Assembly: GCA_029953675.1 (NCBI GenBank)
Contig: JAMWBK010000010.1
Location: 310,001-374,000 of the forward strand
Reading direction: 5' to 3'
DNA from: Rhodosorus marinus CCMP1338
Lineage: Eukaryota > Plantae > Rhodophyta
Length of the DNA stretch: 64,000 nt
The position numbers and the translations under genes are program-made. Under the pieces are notes generated by a model. It worked only from the letters and a program-made list of their open reading frames with translations. It was not told the origin of the DNA and searched no databases. Below are positions 59,445 through 64,000 of this stretch, piece by piece. Numbering within the stretch: the first letter of the stretch is position 1; each line of letters starts with the position of its first letter.

Positions 59445-61458
59445 ATGAACGCGGTTGATGAAGAGTACAGTCCGCCGGATGATGATGCCAGGTATGTGGA
59501 GACTGTGAACAGAGCTTTACGGGATGGAGACTCTAGTGGTAGGCATCTGAGAGAAACCTTAGCTCGGGATGAGCTCACTGGGCTTGCGAGAGTGCCCAAC
59601 AGCATTCGGGGCGCGATCTGGAACTTTTTGTTGTTGTCCACTAAGGGCAATCGGGAATTATTTGGTAGTATCAGCGATGAACAGTTTAGAGAATCGGCAA
59701 ATGAAAGCTTCGGAATCATGGAGGAGGTTATGCGGGATCAGTTAGAGGTAGATGCAAAGCGCACAAGGCCGAGCCTTAAGAGATTTCGAGGTCAAGAGTC
59801 CAAGAACGACTTGGTTCGGATCCTTGCGGCATTCTGTGAGAAGGAGAACCTTCGATACGTTCAAGGAATCAATGAAATCGTAGCGATGTTCATGTTGCTG
59901 CAGGACTTGGGCCACTCCCCGAAGATTGTATGTGAGCTCCTTTCGTCGTTCCTTCACGATTTCGCGTCCTGGGATCTGGAATCGTCAGACGAGAGCGATA
60001 CATCTTCACTCGCGTTTCATAAGCTCAAGTACTGTTTCAGATCGTTCAGGATTTTGCTCCAGTACCACGATTCTGAGCTTTTCAATAGGCTCGAAAGGTA
60101 TGCTTGGTTCCATGGCCCACCGCAATAGAAAGCCTCGTTTCCGAAAATGGAGCCTGATACTCCTCTGTCAAATTTCTGCCTAAAAAGCATGGGGCTCGAA
60201 CCAAATATGTATGCCACGAGCTGGTTTGTTACTCTCTTCGCCAGAAACTTCAGCGTGGAAGCGACGTTCGCGCTCTGGGATAATGTGATCGTGGGAAACG
60301 ACCGCTCCGACTTCTTCTTCTTCGCCACTGCACTTTTAGTGTCCCGACGAGAGCTCCTGATGCAAGTTAATGATGCGCATCTACCAGAAGAGATCCTAAA
60401 TCTTCGAGCAGAGACGAAAGGGGAAGTCTCCGCGCTCTGGGCATGGGGAATGAAGCTGAAACAGAACACCCCAAACTCGTTTGTAGACATGCTTTCGAGT
60501 CCACTGACCATGTGCGGCCTCCAGGATGTTCCCGACAAGGATCCCGTTCGTAAGCAAATCCTCCTGTTGGTCATCGTTTGCTGCGACCCTTTCGTATGTT
60601 TTATGACTGGCTCACCTTCCTTACGATTCGGAACTGGCAGTAATGACTGTCAACGTGGATGATATCTTCGGAGACCCCAACAAGCAGTTCCTCATATGGG
60701 ACTGTCGCACGATGCGGGAGTTTGAAAGCGGTAGAATCGCTCGAGCAGCTCATCTGGAGCTCGATGGCTTAAGGTTCGGGTCCCGAGAAGACGCAGTGAA
60801 GGATCTCGAATCGGTAATCGCAAAAAACGAACCCCTACGAATCAGTGGTACGCATGTATGCCTCGTTGGCTCCGGAATCCCCGCAGAGGACGCGTTCGAT
60901 GTGATTCCCGCGGCCACGTGTCTCACGAAGAATGGATTCAGGTAGGTTTTTGCAGCGTTAGACTACCACGCTGAGGTTTCCAAGACCTTGCTGTTCGCAA
61001 TATTTGAGCCTCTGCTTTCTACCTCGTCATTAGATACATATCATTTCTAAAGGGCGGGTTTCCTGAGGCCCTGACCAAATCGCCTGAGCAGGTTACAGAC
61101 CTAAGCCATGCAAAGCTCGAAGCGGGGATCTCGTTGCGTAAGAGACAGGAGGAAAGGAGCCTATAGTACGCAGGCATTGAAAGGCGCCCTCGTAACAATA
61201 CTTTCATAATGACAAAGGGTTCCTTTGATCTCTTCGATTTTGTTTTCAAAACATAGTGCTCGGGAACGTGGTGTGCCAGACGGTGTGATTGCCCTAGTGA
61301 ATCGGACGGACTCTGAAGTTACTGATATGGTTGATAAAGCCAAGGGAACAATTGAGAGGTTTGGTTCTGAGATACGGAGCGCCCTAGCCAACCAAATAGC
61401 CCAGCGCAACAGGAAGAAGGGGGAAGAAGAGTTGCAAGACGACGAAGAAACAGGTTGA
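59445..61458 (+). CDS. TBC (Rab-GAP) domain + rhodanese-like domain protein (TBC1D23-like architecture, no kinase domain)
   Basis: IRGAIWNFLL, LEVDAKRT, YVQGINE, YATSWFVTLF, then WDCRTMREF, HVCLVGSG, GFRYISFLKGGF. Introns 60098-60187 (AAG acceptor), 60550-60640, 60942-61033 and 61166-61256 keep frame. Confidence 0.88.
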
Positions 61459-63537
61459 GGAATGTACCGATAGATACGTCTCCGCACAGACAGAAGCGGG
61501 GATATTGATAGGATGCCTGCAGTTCGCTAGAGGGGCAAAGTCCCTTCGGCGACTCCTCTGGAAGAAGCTCTAGGGCTCTTATTTATTGAGAAGTTTGATA
61601 GCACGCAGCGCGGCCAGCGTCCACGTAGACCCCAACGATTAGTCGGGTGCCTTTCTCAAGGACTCGAGCATAGGACTAAGCACAAAATTCGGTGAAGATC
61701 AGAGTGCCTGGATGAAGCGCAGTACACGAGGCCTAGCAGGATTGGCGATGTAGCAGAATGATTCTGGTAGTAGATCTATGCACGCTATACTTGATTTTGA
61801 GGACGATAGTCCAGAGACGCTCAAGGAAAATGCGGCTGTCCTCTATGCGTTAAGAGCAATTCTAATGGATCACCCTAAACTAAATATTAAAAAGAAACGA
61901 TGAGATACAACGGAGCACTACTGGAGGTCGCGGGGATTTGCCCACAGTCCGTGGTAAAAGGAAGGCGCTAAAAGCTGGACTAACACAATTCCGGGCTCCA
62001 ACTCAGAGATTCCGCGCGGACAGTTTCTAAGATGTTCTCAACAATCTAGACTTTGTCCTGGGCGATTCGAATAGAACATGCAGAGCAAATTAGTGTTACC
62101 CAGAAGAAGTCACTTTCGGACGATGCAGCACAAGCTCAGTAAGCAGAATTGTAAAATGCTCTACAGACTAAAACAATGCCTCTGTCGAAGAATCGTATCT
62201 GAGCTGTTCATGGGTCAGTCGCCTATCTACAGGTAGCCGTACTATACCGTTCAAACGTGTTACTAAGAATCTAACAAAGAGCCGAGAGGCTTCAAGCGCC
62301 TCATAACGGGCTAATGGGTATTTCCTGTCCGCAGGTACCGCTCTATTCGAGGTCGGCGTTCTTGCTGGGGCGCCGTCGACTTCTCGACATGCCTCTACGG
62401 GAGCTTGAGCCCAGGACTAGCCTTCTGTCCATAGTCATAGCGTTGTTAAGTCCTGTCAGGGGTCTGCGACTCCCCGTGGAAACCCCTATCGGAATAAGAG
62501 TTGCTGCGGTTCCGGTATCTGCTGACTACCAAAACGGTCACCAACACATACACTCCCCACACCTCCAGGATGAAATCAAGCGATCACCCACCACACAACA
62601 CGATCCAGGACGTCAAGCCTCATGCGAAAGATTTGAGGGTCACTGCTGATGGTGATACTTTGGTTGGCTCCCAGTCCGCTCCTTGTGGACGTTCAGAAAT
62701 TACTACCAACACGACACGGGGGATGAAGCTCCAGAAACATATTTCATTATATTTTTGAGGGTTTCTATTTTAGGATTCTCGGAATTTAGCCGCTTTTTGG
62801 TGTAAGGACGTTGTTGAGTAGTTTTTTTCGGGAGGGTGTTGCGTTGGGAGGGGACGTGGGGACGAGATGATGACGTACATGAGTGAAGTGTTAGTTTACG
62901 TCCTGCATCGTGATCTTGAAAGAGCAAGGCCTGAGCTTCACCCTGAAGCAATCATCGCGTTTTCGGAGGGACGGTCAATGTTGAAAAGCGTCCGAGAGTG
63001 TAGAAACTCTTTCAACACAGAGGATCCGTCGTGTTGACAGGAGTTTTAGGAATCAAGACTGCGGATTTAGGATAGTTAGTTGGGTGGGCTCACTTCGAGT
63101 TAGTACATTGGACTGTACTTATGAGCATTCAGTAGCAGGCTTTTTGTGTCTCCGTCCAGGTTTCAGCACGTGTACTCCGGATGATTCTAACGGAAAATTA
63201 GCTGAATTTTTTGAATTTTCGTTCGAATGCCCCTACTGACGCAGTCGCAGCTCAGAAGTACAGCAAGGATCGCCTCTAGAGTCCACCGACATCCACAGGA
63301 GCAGCAAATGCTTGTGCCTTGGGTAGGTGGTGGTTCCAGTTGTCATGCTGTGGCGAGGAGCAGGATGCGCTAGTAGTCCAATGAGAGGGTTCGGTACTTC
63401 CTTCTATTGTCCTTCCGAGCTGCTCATGGAAGACGTAGATGATGAGCTGTAAGGTATAATCATAGAACGAGATCTACACGAGCGCTACCAAATGTCATTC
63501 TTCCCCTCCTAATGCGATGAGGTTGACGGAAACGGGT

Positions 63538-63655
63538 TTTTTCATGCTGTACAGCGGCGTCCATGTACCACTCAGCTAGTAGCTCCGCAAGGAAACGTGG
63601 GGTTTTCATGCTTTACAGAACCGTCCATATGCCACTCAGCTAGTAGCTCAGCACC
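63538..63655 (+). repeat. Two direct repeats, period about 65 bp
   Basis: TTTTCATGCT(G/T)TACAG...GTCCAT...CCACTCAGCTAGTAGCTC(C/A)GCA, twice. Confidence 0.85.
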
Positions 63656-64000
63656 TCGGCTTCTATCGCCAGTGGTAGAAAAGGTCATGGAACAGGCAGG
63701 GGCTCCCGACTCAAACAAAGATACTCGGGTGAAACCCCCTCAATCTTTTAACCGCTAAAAAGAGCTTGGAGGTCAATTTAGTCCTACAGTCCTAAACAAA
63801 GGGAAAAGAAGCCAAACCGCGGCGAGAGGGCGACGCTCTGGTTCCCCCCGCCAAAGGCAATCGTTCACAGTCGCATGGAGCCTTGGCCCTTGACGCCGGT
63901 TCTTTCCTACGCTCCAGTTTAGGGTCTACTGGAGCGTATTCGACGCCGCCCGAAGAGTACAGGGCCGACCGGTTACTGCTGCGTTGCTTGGAGCACATTG

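Noticed and set aside
62314-63998. Short ORFs at the window end
   Set aside because: No supportable product; a gene may continue beyond the window.

Overview
Eukaryotic nuclear DNA, gene-dense, with short (about 70-110 nt) GT-AG introns. Nuclear ftsZ and MA..FV-type plastid transit peptides suggest a unicellular red alga (inference). Ordinary host genes: CENP-E-like kinesin-7, NT-C2 coiled-coil protein, GDA1/CD39 apyrase, ZNF593/BUD20, three unrelated SLC25 carriers, a plastid class-3 lipase, NRDE2 and a macro-domain protein. Four host genes have unusual architecture: (1) a plastid FtsZ with a predicted N-terminal transmembrane hairpin; (2) an ankyrin-repeat protein fused to a GH20-fold domain that has lost its catalytic Glu and N-acetyl-pocket aromatics; (3) a bZIP factor with about 17 tandem 9-aa repeats that interlock as AMPK/SnRK1-type sites; (4) a TBC-rhodanese protein with intact GAP fingers. 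The main accessory region is a roughly 8.4-kb island (about 50220-58600) inside a ~170-190-bp tandem repeat, between divergently transcribed macro-domain and TBC genes. It holds a head-to-tail nest of one young RLE (CRE/SLACS-like) non-LTR retrotransposon family: a 650-bp 5'-truncated copy, a ~65-bp mini-insertion that rewrote a host stop codon, a 3.1-kb RT+RLE copy and a 1.95-kb ORF1-bearing 5' portion. Together they rebuild one complete two-ORF element, with an IHDD RT motif, TAATG-coupled ORFs and a recurrent T(G)AGTC(T/A)GGG junction motif. An older relic of a related family lies at about 15870-16540. No CRISPR array or rRNA was seen, and no tRNA gene could be called with confidence. All calls are by eye; no database search was run.
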